DNA of 63,999 nt, filler included, from Porpidia crustulata (Eukaryota), in NCBI GenBank assembly GCA_964255105.1. It is 9 parts of 9 records of this genome, joined end to end, with 100 filler letters (N's around TTAATTAATTAA, not from the genome) between each part and the next. Parts side by side here need not be neighbours in the genome. Positions count along the whole stretch, not along the records: positions 21,644 to 28,748 come from CAXUWE010001396.1; positions 28,849 to 35,946 come from CAXUWE010001397.1; positions 36,047 to 43,140 come from CAXUWE010001398.1; 6 more parts are not named here. One strand, 5' to 3'. The notes under the pieces were generated by a model. It was given only the letters and a program-made list of their open reading frames with translations, had not been told where the DNA came from and did not search any database. Shown here piece by piece: positions 26,613 through 39,710 of this stretch. Position numbers and translations under genes: made by a program. Positions within the stretch are counted from its first letter, which is position 1. Each line of letters starts with the position of its first letter.

Positions 26613-27790
26613 ATGTTTGTCGCTGCTTCACTGTTGAGCTGGGTCGCATCACTCCTTCTTGCGACCCTCGTTCAGGCAGACTGCGAGTGCGGTTATGTGG
26701 TCAACTCGACACTATACACCGATCTTTTAGAGACAGACTTCCTGCATCTCAATAACATCACAAACAATACCGACTGGCAAGCCCAGAAATATCAAATAAC
26801 ACCGGCGCTGGCTCGCGGTCCATATGGCAAGGACGCGTCGCCGAACAATGTCGTTCCCAATCCATTGGCAAATCATGACGACTGGGCTGGAAATGGGATC
26901 AACGGCGGAGATGCCGGGCTTCAGATGGTCGTGAAAGGTGGAGTACTGCCAAAAGGAGGAATGATACCAATGGCCGAGATTGTCTCCAACCGAACCGATC
27001 TTTTATATGGTAGTTTCCGCGTGGGCATGAGGTTGACGGCAACGAATGGAACATGTGGTGCTTTTTTCTGGGTATATCATGACCTGCATGCTCGAGCTGT
27101 CAGCATTGAGACTGACAGACCTAGTACTTTAATGATACCCAAGAAATCGATATGGAATTTCTCTCGGCGGAATACAACGCCTCTTCTCATCCAGTCAACC
27201 TCGTCCTTCAATCCCCTGATTCGGCACGCAACGGATTCAATGCAGCCAACACCGGTACCTTTGATCCTTCTCAATTACCCTTCAACCCCTCGGACGGTTT
27301 CCATGAATATCGTTTCGATTGGTCTCCAGATGCCGTGACTTTTTACGCAGATGGTGTTGTGTTATCAACGATGAAGAAAGCCGTTCCCACCTCACCTGGC
27401 CATATAACCTTGTCGCATTGGAGCAACGGAGATCCAGCGTGGAGTGCTGGTCCACCAGAAACCGATGCCATCATCACCGTTGAATACCTCAAAGGCTACT
27501 TCAATTCTTCAGATACAAAACGACAGAGCGACTGGGCGCACCGGTGTCCGAATATTGCAACGCCAAATGCAACGTGCCAGGTGCCAGAACTTAAGGCCGC
27601 GCCGAATGGAAATCAGAGCGCCAAGACATTCTTCTTTACGCAGCAAAAGAACATGACCAACAACCAGACTGGTTCTGGACTGACGAGTTTGGCATCATCC
27701 ATGCGGGCGACGGCATTGTGGTATTTACAAGGCGCAACGACGGTGTCTGTTTTATTCATGGCTGTGAGGATATTCGATTGGTGTTTTTAA
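26613..27790 (+). CDS. Secreted GH16 glycoside hydrolase, probably GPI-anchored
   Basis: Signal peptide, then DCECGY and GTCGAFFW|YFNDTQEIDMEF (ExDxE motif spliced across intron 27072-27124), FHEYRFDW and a hydrophobic C-terminal tail. Confidence 0.9.
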
Positions 27791-28936
27791 GACCTTGATG
27801 GCGAGGTATTGGATGAACATGATACCTCTGTACAAACGACAACGTGTCGTGTACGGACTTGATTGTTTTGGGGTGACGGAGGTTTCATTCTTTGTTACAT
27901 ATTTACTGTACATACCTTACTTGACTTCTTGCACGATGATGTGATCCTGAATCGTATGGATTGCGAATTTACGGTCGTTTCTGTAGGATAGAGCGACCAC
28001 AGACGTTAAATTATGACTTAAGTTTGCAAGGCTTCGTTGGAGGGATCCTGATCCTTTTGTGTTACCGTAAGCCCATTCTCCCATGGGTGCATGGGTGGCG
28101 TCGATACTCGCTTCGGCAATGTGCCCCTGGACTACGCCTCAGAATAGACATCCGTGACTTCACCTCTCCAACCAACTAACCTCTTAATCATCCAAACATT
28201 CGAATCCAGTCTGTCGTTACGGTTTCATTACCTTCCTATAGAATACGACTTCTAGAGACTACAGCTTTTATGATTCAGTCGGCCCAGTCAGTGTTGCGGT
28301 TTATCTAGCGGAGACTCGAACGTCGAGCTAAGGGATACCATCGCCTCTTTGCAACATTGATTCAAATTTAGAAGGGAAGAGCTGGGATAGGAAAACAACG
28401 GACCGCTGAGGAGGATTTGCATCCACGATAGTCCAACGCCAGGATACAAAGGCTTTGTTTTCTATCGAGTCCACAGCTTATTCGCCGACGAGTCTGGGTC
28501 TCGAAGTCTTCAAAAAGTCCATTCCCAACTTCCTTCATATCGAACACCTCGAACCACGACTTTGACTCCCTCAAACGCGTTTAGACGTCTCACAATCAGT
28601 CATACCAGACGAGCCAAGCAAACCAGAAATTCAATTCCGAAGCCTCAAGCCAACATCAACCTTACATCAATACACATCATACAATCTTAACCACCTCGAA
28701 CCGAAACTCTACAAAATCACAACCACATCTAAACATGCGCATCTCAACNNNNNNNNNNNNNNNNNNNNNNNNNNNNNNNNNNNNNNNNNNNNTTAATTAA
28801 TTAANNNNNNNNNNNNNNNNNNNNNNNNNNNNNNNNNNNNNNNNNNNNAGCACGAGCGATAGAGAGTTCCGCCGAGGCTTGCATCCACGACGGTGCTTTC
28901 CATCCCTTTGTGTCCACGCTGTCCGTTGTCCGACAT

Positions 28937-30331
28937 TTACTGCCCCACTTCCCGCGCCTCCGATACACTGGAGTAATCATTACGCCGCATGATCCCCTCC
29001 ACCGGCCCCAAGAGCCGTTGAAACCCATCTTTCCCCAACGTAGCCACCTTGACCTCCCCTTTGCTGATCACACTTGCCGCCCTCGGCTTGTCGTCCAACA
29101 GCGCCAACTCCCCGAAATAGTCGCCTTTCTTATACCTCTTCACCGGGTTGGGTCCCGCGTCTCTTTTGTACGCCTCGGCCTCGCCGCTCTCGAGGAGGAA
29201 GAAAGCTTCGCCCGGGTCGCCCTCGCGGATGATGGTGCTGCCGGCGGGGAATTTCTGTGCGTCGAGGGCGTCGGCGATTTTGGAGCGTTCGTAGAGCGTT
29301 AGGGTAGAGAGGAGGGGGACTTCTTCGAGGAAGGACTCGTACATGCGGCGGCGTTGGAAGGCCGAGTCCATAAGGATTCGACGGAAGGTGACGCGATCGA
29401 GGGCCCACAGCGTGCTGCTTGGTTCGGTACTGATGACGGTTGCTGCACGTGGGGCGTTGTACATCAAAGCAAGCTCGCCAAAGGAGCCGCCAGGACCGAT
29501 TGTGTTGACTTTGTTGCCCATGCCCGAGGGTCCGGGCTCAATGGTTCCCTTGCTGTTGACATAGATGTCGAATTGTCCCTTTTCAACGACATAAAAGTAG
29601 TCACCAGCATCACCTTGTGTAATGACTTTGATGTCCTTCGCGGGAATGGGTTTCTCGACGAGAGCACCGAGGACGAGGGATGACTGTTCATCATCGAGGT
29701 GTGAGAAGAGGAAGTTCGCAGAGACGGAGGTCTTCAGCCGTGCAAGTTGGTCCGGAGTCTTTTTATGGAACGGAGGTTTCCAATTGTCATTCTGCGCAGA
29801 TGTAGGATTGAGGGATTCGGCGGAGACGGATGTGCGGCGGGCCATGCTGTAATTGTTCGGGAAGCTCTCAGCAACGCCCGGAGGCGGTATGAAACCGGAT
29901 GATGATTGAGGTGGGTTATTCGAGCTTGGGCCGAAGCTGAATGAATTGTTTCCATTCCCAGTGCTACTGAACGGGCCTCCAGTCGTAGGACCTGACGACT
30001 GGGTATTTTGAGGAAAGCTCGAGCCAGTAGGTGAACCTCCACTCCCGCTTTCATCCTCTTCTCGCAGATTCTGCATGCCTCGGCCTGACGCAGTATTGCC
30101 GAATCCACCACCACCGAAAGGATTGGTGCCTGGGAATCTACTTTCGGCCATCACACCAGAGACCCCACGGTGCGGTGGATGGTGCGCAGAAAGCAGGTGC
30201 TCTGTTCTTTGAGACTCGAGTCGCTTGTTGAAGAAATTGGCACAAAATTGTAGTACGTCGGTTGGTTGGGATTCCAGGACTTCACGGTTGAGGGTGTTGA
30301 GTTCGTTGGTATATGTATGCGGTAGCGACAT
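28937..30331 (-). CDS. pkaR: cAMP-dependent protein kinase regulatory subunit
   Basis: Dimerisation/docking N-terminus (REVLESQPTDVLQFCANFF), RRTSVSAES inhibitor site, and two cNMP domains (FGELALMYNAPRAAT, FGELALLDDKPRAAS). Confidence 0.97.
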   Translation of the reverse strand: MSLPHTYTNELNTLNREVLESQPTDVLQFCANFFNKRLESQRTEHLLSAHHPPHRGVSGVMAESRFPGTNPFGGGGFGNTASGRGMQNLREEDESGSGGSPTGSSFPQNTQSSGPTTGGPFSSTGNGNNSFSFGPSSNNPPQSSSGFIPPPGVAESFPNNYSMARRTSVSAESLNPTSAQNDNWKPPFHKKTPDQLARLKTSVSANFLFSHLDDEQSSLVLGALVEKPIPAKDIKVITQGDAGDYFYVVEKGQFDIYVNSKGTIEPGPSGMGNKVNTIGPGGSFGELALMYNAPRAATVISTEPSSTLWALDRVTFRRILMDSAFQRRRMYESFLEEVPLLSTLTLYERSKIADALDAQKFPAGSTIIREGDPGEAFFLLESGEAEAYKRDAGPNPVKRYKKGDYFGELALLDDKPRAASVISKGEVKVATLGKDGFQRLLGPVEGIMRRNDYSSVSEAREVGQ

Positions 30332-31219
30332 TCGCGTGAAGGGGCGAGTTAATAATTATTATAAACTGCCCAAGTGCCTTATGGGAGGGGCACAGAATTG
30401 ACTGGACGAAGTTGCTTAGGTGCTTAGGTAGTTTTCCCCACAGGCGACTTGACGTCGTTTGCGTTTGCGAGACGCAATCTCAAGGACACTTGCAGGGTTC
30501 GGACGGAGCTTAATGTGTGAAAGTCAGTCTGCGAGAACTCGTGGATCGTTTTGCTGCAGGGCAAAAGGATGCGGGAGCCCACTGACGATCGAATGGTCGG
30601 CAAGGTTAGATCAGTTACGATGGCTGGATGGACGAATGTTTGCAGCTGGTTATCTTTACGACTGAGTTACTTTAGGTGCCAATCTTATTGAGAGAATTTG
30701 CGGGGAGGCTGCTAGCAAGTTCATGTCGAACATGTCAAGTGAAGGAAGTCACTCTACGCCTATGTGGCTGCCATTTTCGCCAGTAACCAGTAACACCTTC
30801 CAACTCCCCCGCTCTATCTCCTTTCTACTGAAGGAAGAATTGTACACTCTACAAGTACTCGTACTGATATCACAGGCTTATGATGTAGGCATGTCAATGA
30901 TTGGCTGAGAAACGAATGATAACATTCTCAGAAGACGCAAATGGATGCTTCGAGAAGCCTTCTAGAACATTGCTGTCCTGGGTTAGACGCAGATTTTAGC
31001 CCAAATTAGGTTTCCATACCAGTCATTCGAGTGAGGCATGTCAACCCGAACCTCAGTTGATTGAGTCCATGCACGTCGTACCATCGTCATTTGTGCCAGC
31101 TACAATTGTGGCATATCCGACACCCGTTAGATAGCGTGTCAATCACTCTGGAGCAATAATACAACGTCGGTTTGTTTGGAATCAACAGAACTCAGGAATA
31201 GTAATCGCTTGTCATTCAT

Positions 31220-31247
31220 TGGACAACTGATGGACAACTGATGGACA
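31220..31247. repeat. Short tandem repeat (TGGACAACTGA, about 2.5 copies)
   Basis: tggacaactga tggacaactga tggaca is read directly. Confidence 0.7.
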
Positions 31248-32453
31248 CCAACTTTGTTAGTATCCCATTACGAAAAGGGTAGGAAAAGCCACAGCAGATC
31301 GATGGAATTGCTGCAAAGCCAATTGTTGTTCCATCATCACGCAGCCCCGCAATTTGGCTCCAGCTTTGATGGAATAGCCCAATTCACCCATAGCTGCACA
31401 ATCACCGAAAAGAGCCGGATGCATGGATGGAGTGCTAATATCTGACAACGTGTTGAAAGTTTCCACTTAAAAGTTGTCGAATATGCTTAGTCCACCAAAC
31501 AAATGACTTTCAGCATATCTGAGTGACCGCAAGCATCGTAAGATATCTACAGAAGTTTTCGACATTGACAGATAGGAAAGAAATCTCCCGAGATGTGTGA
31601 GAGGAAATCATATCAGTGGATCAGCAGCACGTCATTGGTACCTCGTAGCACTACGCATTATAGATACCCTCAGCTCAGAACGAAGGAGATGATGCTCCAC
31701 CGTGGGAAGCGAAATGCCACAAATTGCGTATTGGTAATTCGAGATGTTTGATAGCCACGTTATGTTTCATTTCCGATCTGACGCGCAGAGGGGGCTATTT
31801 CAATGATTTTCTAGAGAGTGAAGGGTTTGAATAAGCTCTAGAAAGGTACACGTGTGTGCAGTAAAATACCTTACCTTACTGACGAAGTATGACGTGATAG
31901 CGGTCGTTTGATCAGGATAGTAAATGATGGCCTATCATGTGAATGGAAAGAATGAGTGGAGTGAATGTATGAAGCCATTGAAAGATGGAGGTGTATCAAG
32001 CTCAACATATCTTTGAGGAATTAGAAAAGCCTCGAACGACTCCGCTACCTTATGAGGCGTATCTAAATTGCGCTAAATGTCCGCCGCTGGGCTCCGATCA
32101 ATTTGAGCCCCGTAGGCGGCCCCTCCCAATCTCCCTCTTTCCGATTCGTTCCATCATCTTCCGCACCTAGAATTGCTTACTGGACATATCACCTCAACAT
32201 CACATCCCCAGACACCATCATAGCTTTGCCAAGCTTTCCTACGCCTGTCTCTACGTCCTCCCCATCCATCAAGCCCTCAAGTGCTATTGCTTCAGCGCAG
32301 CCTACCTCCCGCTCAGCCAGACGAGGAAGCGTTGTAACGAGCCAGCTCCTCCAATTTGCGCTGGGATACCCGCAGACACCGCCGGAAATAAGCCCTGATT
32401 TCGAACGAATCGACGGTCCATTGGACACCGGCCCATCCGAGATACCTCGCGAG

Positions 32454-35400
32454 ATGGGGAGTTTTCTGTTCAAGTGGTATGCTCATCCTGTCCCACTGCA
32501 ATATAGGGAGACGTCTTTGTGGCGGTGTCGGCGGGCGTTGGGCCCCGCCGGCGCAGAATGAGTCTTGCGAAGCGTTCAGAAGGACATCTATGCTGCTTGA
32601 CCAGGAACAGGGCTGATTGCTTGTCTGCGCGATAGGGACCATCCAGCAAACGACGTTCACGTAACTGGTACATTTGACGATTGGGCGAAGAGCGTCAAGC
32701 TGGAAAAGAAAGGAAACAGATTTGAGAAGCTCGTCGAGCTACCTCAAGTAGAAGAAAACATATACTACAAGGTATGCATCAGTAGGCCCCTGATGTCTTT
32801 CGACGACATATTGCGATGCCGCATATTTCCTGAAATCTTCCAAGGCCTTCTTTGATCTATGTCTTCCGTACAAAATAACTGCGCCAAAACCTGCCTCGCA
32901 TTGTGTAAGATGTCACGCGCTATGCGAACATGGCCGTGGGCTTTGGACCCTGAGAAACCAACCACTCGGCTTCTTAGCCCCTCGTCCCGAGCAAGTCAAT
33001 GAATCCGTACCGTATTCTATGCGAGCTACTTAAAGTAGTCAATGCCTATCCTCATTTTCCTCTTCCTCTTTCTTCTTCCTTCCTTCTAACATCTTCCTTA
33101 TTCACATCCTGCTCAGTTCAACCTCGCCAGCTCTAAACTCAGCACTGCCGGATTAGTGCTGTAGCATGCTGGTTGTGCTCGATTTCAATCTCGGCAACTG
33201 CCACTCGATGCTTCAATAGTAAACGAGTTACTGACCCTACATACCCAATAGTTCGTGGTCGATGGTACTTGGACCACAGATCACACTGCTCCTCAAGAGA
33301 ACGACGGCGCGAGCAACATCAACAACGTACTCACTCCAGACCGTATCACCAAATCAAAGTCTTTATCAAGTAATCCAACCTCAGCCATAATGTCCGGTGT
33401 TACACCCCATTCTACTACAGCCGACCTCGCAGGGAAAGTTTCCAAGGAACCAACACGAGAAGTGAGCACAGGCTCGTCTGGCCTCCCTGGATCCTTCCCG
33501 CAAACGCCTGCCAAAGAGATTTCCGATTTCTCCGTAAACCCTATTCCGGCTACTTCTGGCATTGGCAATCCGGTACAACTCGCACCTGGCGAGAAGGTAC
33601 CCAATCCCAGTACTTTCACTTCAAACACCATATCGTCGACTGCCCATGATGATGTTTCGCTCTCCAAGGCTCCCGAGGATTCTCAGCAAGTATATGGCAT
33701 TGCTCCCCTTCCCGCAACCTCTGGCATAGGAAACCCGATCCATCTACAGCCCGGTGAGAAGGTACCAAACCCGAATACATTCACTGATAATACAATTCAT
33801 TCGACGGTAAAAACCGACAGAGAGTCATATGAAAAGGGTTCAGCGGTGCCACAGCTACCTGATGTTATGACCCCGGAGAAGGAACGAGCCGCCAAAGGTG
33901 GCATGTTCAGCATCCCAGGTCTCTCGAAGAATATGATACCAGAATCTAGCTTACCTATGGGTGGAGCTAGCTCGGCTGAGAAAGATCCTGGCTTCACTAT
34001 CCAGTCTGCTGGGGCAGGAACCACAACCGCTGCCTTAGCTGGAAATGTACCTCTAGAGCCTCGAGGCGTCCCTGAGGTAGTCAGAGAAAGCCAGCAGGAA
34101 GCTGGATCTGCCCCAGAGGCAAGTGGGAATCGCGAAGCGGTCCGGGAAAAGACGGCAATGGAGAAAGAACTCGAAAGCAAGGTACCTGAAGCGCCGCCCA
34201 TCCATGAGGGCACTACTCATGTCCACAACGTGAATGAGAAGAGTACAACAGCTGTCCTTGCAGGTAATGTACCTCTGGAGCCTAGAGGGGTCCCAGAAGT
34301 TGTGCAGGAAAGCCAAAAAGCGGCTGGCTTTGCACCAGAAGCGACTGCGAACCCTGAAGCTGTTGCAGAAAAGACCGCAATGGAAAAGGAACTTGAAAGT
34401 AAGGTCCCCGAAGAGCAACCTATACATAACAATACGATCCAAAGTGCCGGTACGAATAGCACTACGGCTGGCCTAGCCGGCAATGTACCTCTTGAACCTA
34501 AAGGAGTTCCGGAAGTTGTACAAGAGAGTCAGCAAGAAGCTGGCTTTGCGCCTGAAGCCACTAGTAATCCTGAGGCAGTGAGAGAGAAGTCCGAAGTGGA
34601 AAAGGAGCTGGAGAGCAAGGTCCCTGAAGCACCGGCGACTGTTGGAGGAGACAGTAATCATTCTGGTGCTATGGCCGCAGGTGGTGTTGCAGCTGGTGGA
34701 ATTGCCGCCGCCGCCGTTGGTTATGGTGCAACTAAGGCAAAGCCAGCTGAAGGAAGCTCAATGCTAGGCTCGCGGGGCCTTCCGGCTTCGGTTCAACAAT
34801 CAATCAATGAGATGAACCAGACTACACCTATTGCCCCCACAGTACCTGATGTCGTTCAAGAGTCAATCGCCGAGTCTCACCAATCACCAGAAGCAGCAGC
34901 GAGTAAGACAATGGTCGGTGAGAAAAGCGCAATGGAGTCAGAGTTACTAAAGAAGGTGAAGACCGAAGAAAATGCAGGAAAACCAGCACCATCCTCCAGT
35001 GCTGCCTTGACAGAGACTGCTCCTGCTGCCACCACTTCTGCAATACCGACCGCATCCACCGCCGAGTCTACGCAAATAGCGGAGCCTTCATCATCTACTA
35101 CTGCCACAAGCGCGGGACCCAGCGCGAAATCATTCCATGCGCCCCTTGCTTCGACAGCCACCCCTGCTCAACCTATCTTTCCATCAGCTATGTCGAGTGC
35201 AGTCAAACAGCAAGCCTCTTCCGATTCCCGCGATGTCTCACCCATGTCCCACCCAAAAACAGCCGGGCAATCTCAGCCAGCCGTTACTACCGGCGTGGGT
35301 TCTAGCAATGCTCCCGAAACCTCTGCAGCGTCTCCCAAAACTAGCTCTTCGCCTAATCCTGCGTCCTCCAAAGTTGCATCCTCGCCGAACCCGAGCACCG

Positions 35401-35507
35401 TCACCGGTGCTTCTACAGCCAGCGCATCCACCGATAAGAAGTCGAAACGAGCCAGTGGTTTCTTTGGAAAGCTGAAGAGTAAGTTCAGCGATAAGGAGAA
35501 GAAGTAG
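32454..35507 (+). CDS. CBM48 (AMPK-beta-like glycogen-binding) protein, Crp1/Mdg1-like, with internal repeats
   Basis: Spliced: MGSFLFKW|DHPANDVHVTGTFDDWAKSVKL..IYYK|FVVDGTWTTD..NNVL. Repeats PATSGIGNP and VPEVVQESQ. C-terminus KRASGFFGKLKSKF. Confidence 0.88.
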
Positions 35508-36656
35508 TGTTCTGCATCTTAGGTCTCATATTTATGATCCACGGGTGGTAGTTCTGTGTCCATTTTTTGCCCAAATTGGAATTGTCGATAATGGTGGAAG
35601 AATGTAATAGCAGCGGAATGCAAAGAACGTGCGAGGGAAGGGCATAGTCTGGTTCGTAAGTGAATGAGAAGGAAAGGTTGTGATGCACCACGTGATACCT
35701 CTTTGTTCTTGGCGGTTTTATTGATGCCTACGTATTTATTAGCACAGATTTAACTTCTTCGTGTAATTTGAAATCTATATTCTTTGATGAGTTTCTGCAA
35801 GGTTTCAAATGTTACCATGGGCCTGCCCGTGAGCTACGAAACACTGCTTCATTGCCAAGTATCAACAGTGTCGCGACACCTACCCCAGCTTCACGGGTAT
35901 CCCACTCCATCCAGCCAAACAGCTCACCACCCCCGCGCTCTCAATCNNNNNNNNNNNNNNNNNNNNNNNNNNNNNNNNNNNNNNNNNNNNTTAATTAATT
36001 AANNNNNNNNNNNNNNNNNNNNNNNNNNNNNNNNNNNNNNNNNNNNGCATTAGGGTGGGGGGTTGCATTGCTATGGGATTTGTAAATGTATCGGTACGAG
36101 AGAATTCGGGTTGGATTTATGATGGGTAAGTAGATTCTGCGCTTTGAAAAAGTGTTTTGGGGTTTTTGTACTGAAGATGTCTAGTTCAGGCCTCTTCACT
36201 CGGCACCGAGCCTGTGTCAATCGTCACCACCCTAGCGCTCATTGTGTTCCCTCGCCAGCCAGGCCACTTTCAATGCGGATGGATTTACGGTCCTTGTTTT
36301 CGGTCACGTAGTCGTTGGTGCTGTGGCTGAATATTGCGGACGCTTTTCAGGGCGTTGCCGTCGAGGTTGTTAGCTCGTCATAATCGTCCTTGCTCGTTGG
36401 GATTGCATCGATCTTCGGATTTGGGGCACTTCAAAGCCCTGCTGGGGACTTATGTGGTTGTGATGATCTTCCGAGTTGATAATCCTTGAAGCTCGGACTC
36501 GGAGTGGCTGATGAGGTGTATGATATAGTGGATATTTGCTTAGGACACTGAAAATTGGGGCCCAAGGTTTTCTTTGCCAACAACGCGATTGGTAGGGCGA
36601 GGGTGATTATCGTGTGACTGTTCGAGGCCTTTTAATCTCGAAAGTCATAGCCGGCG

Positions 36657-38222
36657 TCACGAGTGCGGCGTAACAGGCCTGCTCGCCTCTCTTTTCGTCA
36701 AACTAATGTTCTCCCTCAATGCCACGTATTCCGAATCGGCATATCCAAGTACACCATGGATCTCGGTACTCTGCAACCCCTTAATACGATCGATTTCCGC
36801 CGAAGAGTAGTTCACTAATGCTCTTCCCACTTCTACTGGCGTTGTTAGTGCTGAGGGCTTCTCATCCGTTGTATTGCCATTTATAGAGGACACTGGGACA
36901 CTGCCGTTGGTGGGAGCAGCTTGTGCCGAAGAGGTCAAAGAGCGAGCAACGACGACCAACCGAACGGCTTCTTGCTGACCGAAATTTCCCTCAGTGTCCA
37001 CTATCCCTACGGGTAGGAGGCCGGCTTTGCGGATTAGGGCTCTATGAGCGCCTTCGTCTATGAAGATAGTGCCATGGGCAGCGAGACCGTGCAGAAGCCA
37101 GAATGAGCGGTCGCGGATAGGTTCGAGATCGGGGAGGAAACGTGTGTGCAAGGGAGGTTTGAGAATGGTACCGCTATCTGATAGGGATATTTGTAGGGGT
37201 GCTCCTTTTCCGTGCATATTTAGGGCGGAAAGTTCCGACGGTGCTTGCTTTAAGGATTGGGTGTAATTGACGATGTTGACTATATTCCCTGGATTGGACG
37301 CGCGCGTAATCACAGTCATTACGCCGGCAGACGTGGCCAGACGAGCGGCCACTATCTTTGTGGACATTCCACCAGTGCCAAGACTGGAGCCAGCGGTAGA
37401 AACGTCGACTGATAGCGAAGCAATATCTTCGACGACCTCGATAGATTGAGCGTCTGGATTGGTTCGGGGGTTTTTGTCGTAAAGGCAGTCAACGTCGGTC
37501 ATGAGGAAAAGATAGTTTGCTTGGACCATCGCAGCGGTTATTGCGGAGAGAGTATCATTGTCGCCGAATTTGATTTCCTAGATGCATTCAAGACACATTT
37601 TGCATGAGAGGATATGGTAACGTACGGCAACGGCCAACGTGTCATTTTCATTGACTATTGGGATGACTCCCATATTCAGCAGCTCCGCAAAGGTGTTCTG
37701 AGCATTGAGGTATTGTGACCGCTGCAAGCTCGTCAGTAACACTAGGTACTATGAAGCGTCTGCTTCAACCTACATACATCAGCTATATCGCTTCTTGTCA
37801 GCAAAATTTGAGCTACAGGCTGTCTTAGATGCGCGAAAAGGCTATCCCAAAGGCTCAGGAGCCGACACTGTCCTATAGCTGCTAAAGCCTGCAAGTACTT
37901 TAGTCTCGTGGGCTCTAACAGTGTACTGCCGGCGTACCTGAATTTTTGGTAACGACTTTGGCCTCTTTTCGACGTCCATCCTTCGTAGACCCACGCCAAT
38001 GGCTCCGGAAGAGACAATAACGACTCGATGCCCATCTTTACGAAGCTTGACAGCGGTCTCGACGATCAAGCAGAGTATGGAAAGAAGGGGCTCATGAGTT
38101 CGCTCATCCACAATTGAGCTGGTTCCTGTACTTAGGGTTGTCAGTCAGCAGTTTTTCCTGAACACTTGAATAACAGACATGCCTAGCTTGATAACAATGG
38201 TCAAATTTCGATGACCCTTCAT
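36657..38222 (-). CDS. PRO1: Glutamate 5-kinase with PUA domain
   Basis: [41 protein letters not shown]|..[28 protein letters not shown]. Four introns, the first being GC-AG. Confidence 0.95.
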
Positions 38223-38656
38223 GCTGGCTCCAAGGAACTTGATATGATATGATGTAGTACGTTCAAAATTGATATCTGATAGTAAGGTAGGTCTCATGAA
38301 GAAAAATCTTTACGTCAAATGACTGATAATTGCGCGGTAAGAAAATAGCTCGGTGATCACGATGGGCTAAAACATTCAGACAGATATGAGCCCTATTACA
38401 CTTCGGAATTTCTCTTTATGCTAATTCCTGCCGTAGGATCTATGTATGATGTGTAATGAAATTCAGGTCCAAATGAGTGTCCATAAAGATTTTACAATTC
38501 CCTATTTAGATGTCGAAGAACTATCGATCAGTGCTCGAGAAATTTATGTAATCTATTTTTTTTTTGATATTTAAGCTTGCTAGACGCGCGGAACGCTTCA
38601 GGCGCCTTTAAATCTGGAAGACGAGATTGCGTTCATTGCCCGAATAAACTCGGCCA

Positions 38657-39466
38657 ATGGCCGATGAAGGGGAACCACAAAGGCCCAACGCCCAAGACAC
38701 CGGATTCATCCCAGGTGACGACTTTCGCACAAGATGGAAGAACACCGTCTCGCTCCTGACAGGCCGCTTAACGCCCGAAGGAGTGAAGCAATACGAGAAA
38801 GCGCGAGATGACCGATACGAAGCGAGCGATTGCGCAAAGTGTGAGACGCAGAAGGGGTATTTATTACAGTACAGTATGTGCTTCTCATCATTGGGTATTG
38901 AGTCCAACGACTGACATGAATCTTCAGGCCCAGTGATCCGCTTCATGCGCGAGAAAACTTACGCTCTCGGCGGCGACATAAACACCAATAATATTTGGTG
39001 CCGAAGATGCGATACCCTCCAGAGCGGAGGCTTTGATCCAAATTACGGTATTCGGATATGTGCAAATAAATTACGGAACAGAGGTCATACGGAAGATACG
39101 ATTGCGCACGGTGGGTGTCCGTGCATCGAAGCGCTCTTGGGGAGAGACTAAGCGGAAATAGAGATGGTGCACGCCTACGATCATTTACGGTTCAAGGTAG
39201 ATTGGCATAATAACCTGCGGCATGCGGCTTGTACGGAAATCAGGGCGTCGTCTCTCAGCGGTGAGTGTCGCTGGACTCGAGAATTCTTCACCAGAGGTCA
39301 GTGGAAGATTACGCAACAGCATCAGGAGTGTGTGAGAAGGCGTGCTGTATTATCGGTGATGGGAAGATGGAATTGCAAAGACCGAGATCAGGCGGAACGG
39401 GTTGTCAATGAGGTCTGGGAAAGTTGTTTTGCGGATACCAGACCCTTTGACGAGATATACAGATAA
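38657..39466 (+). CDS. ATP23: Mitochondrial inner membrane metalloprotease Atp23
   Basis: [38 protein letters not shown] (HExxH)..[30 protein letters not shown]. Confidence 0.95.
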
Positions 39467-39710
39467 CAGGTTCGTATCCCCAATACGTTTGAAATCATTT
39501 AGGACTAACAAGTAGTAGCTTTGGTGAGGCGTTTGGCGCCGAGATATACCCCTTCCCTCCTAGCATTATCCCATCCAAAATATGACTGGTCCGTTATAAA
39601 ACGCCGGAACACTCTTGTGTGCAAGAACAATAATCTAGAGATGCCACAACTAGATCGTGAAGAGTCTTGCAGAAGAACAGGAAGAATCTGCCTTTCGATA
39701 GGGTAGCCAC

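Noticed and set aside
28735..28748. ATG CGC ATC TCA after an A/C-rich leader (possible secreted protein start)
   Set aside because: Only four codons precede the contig end, which is too little to call.
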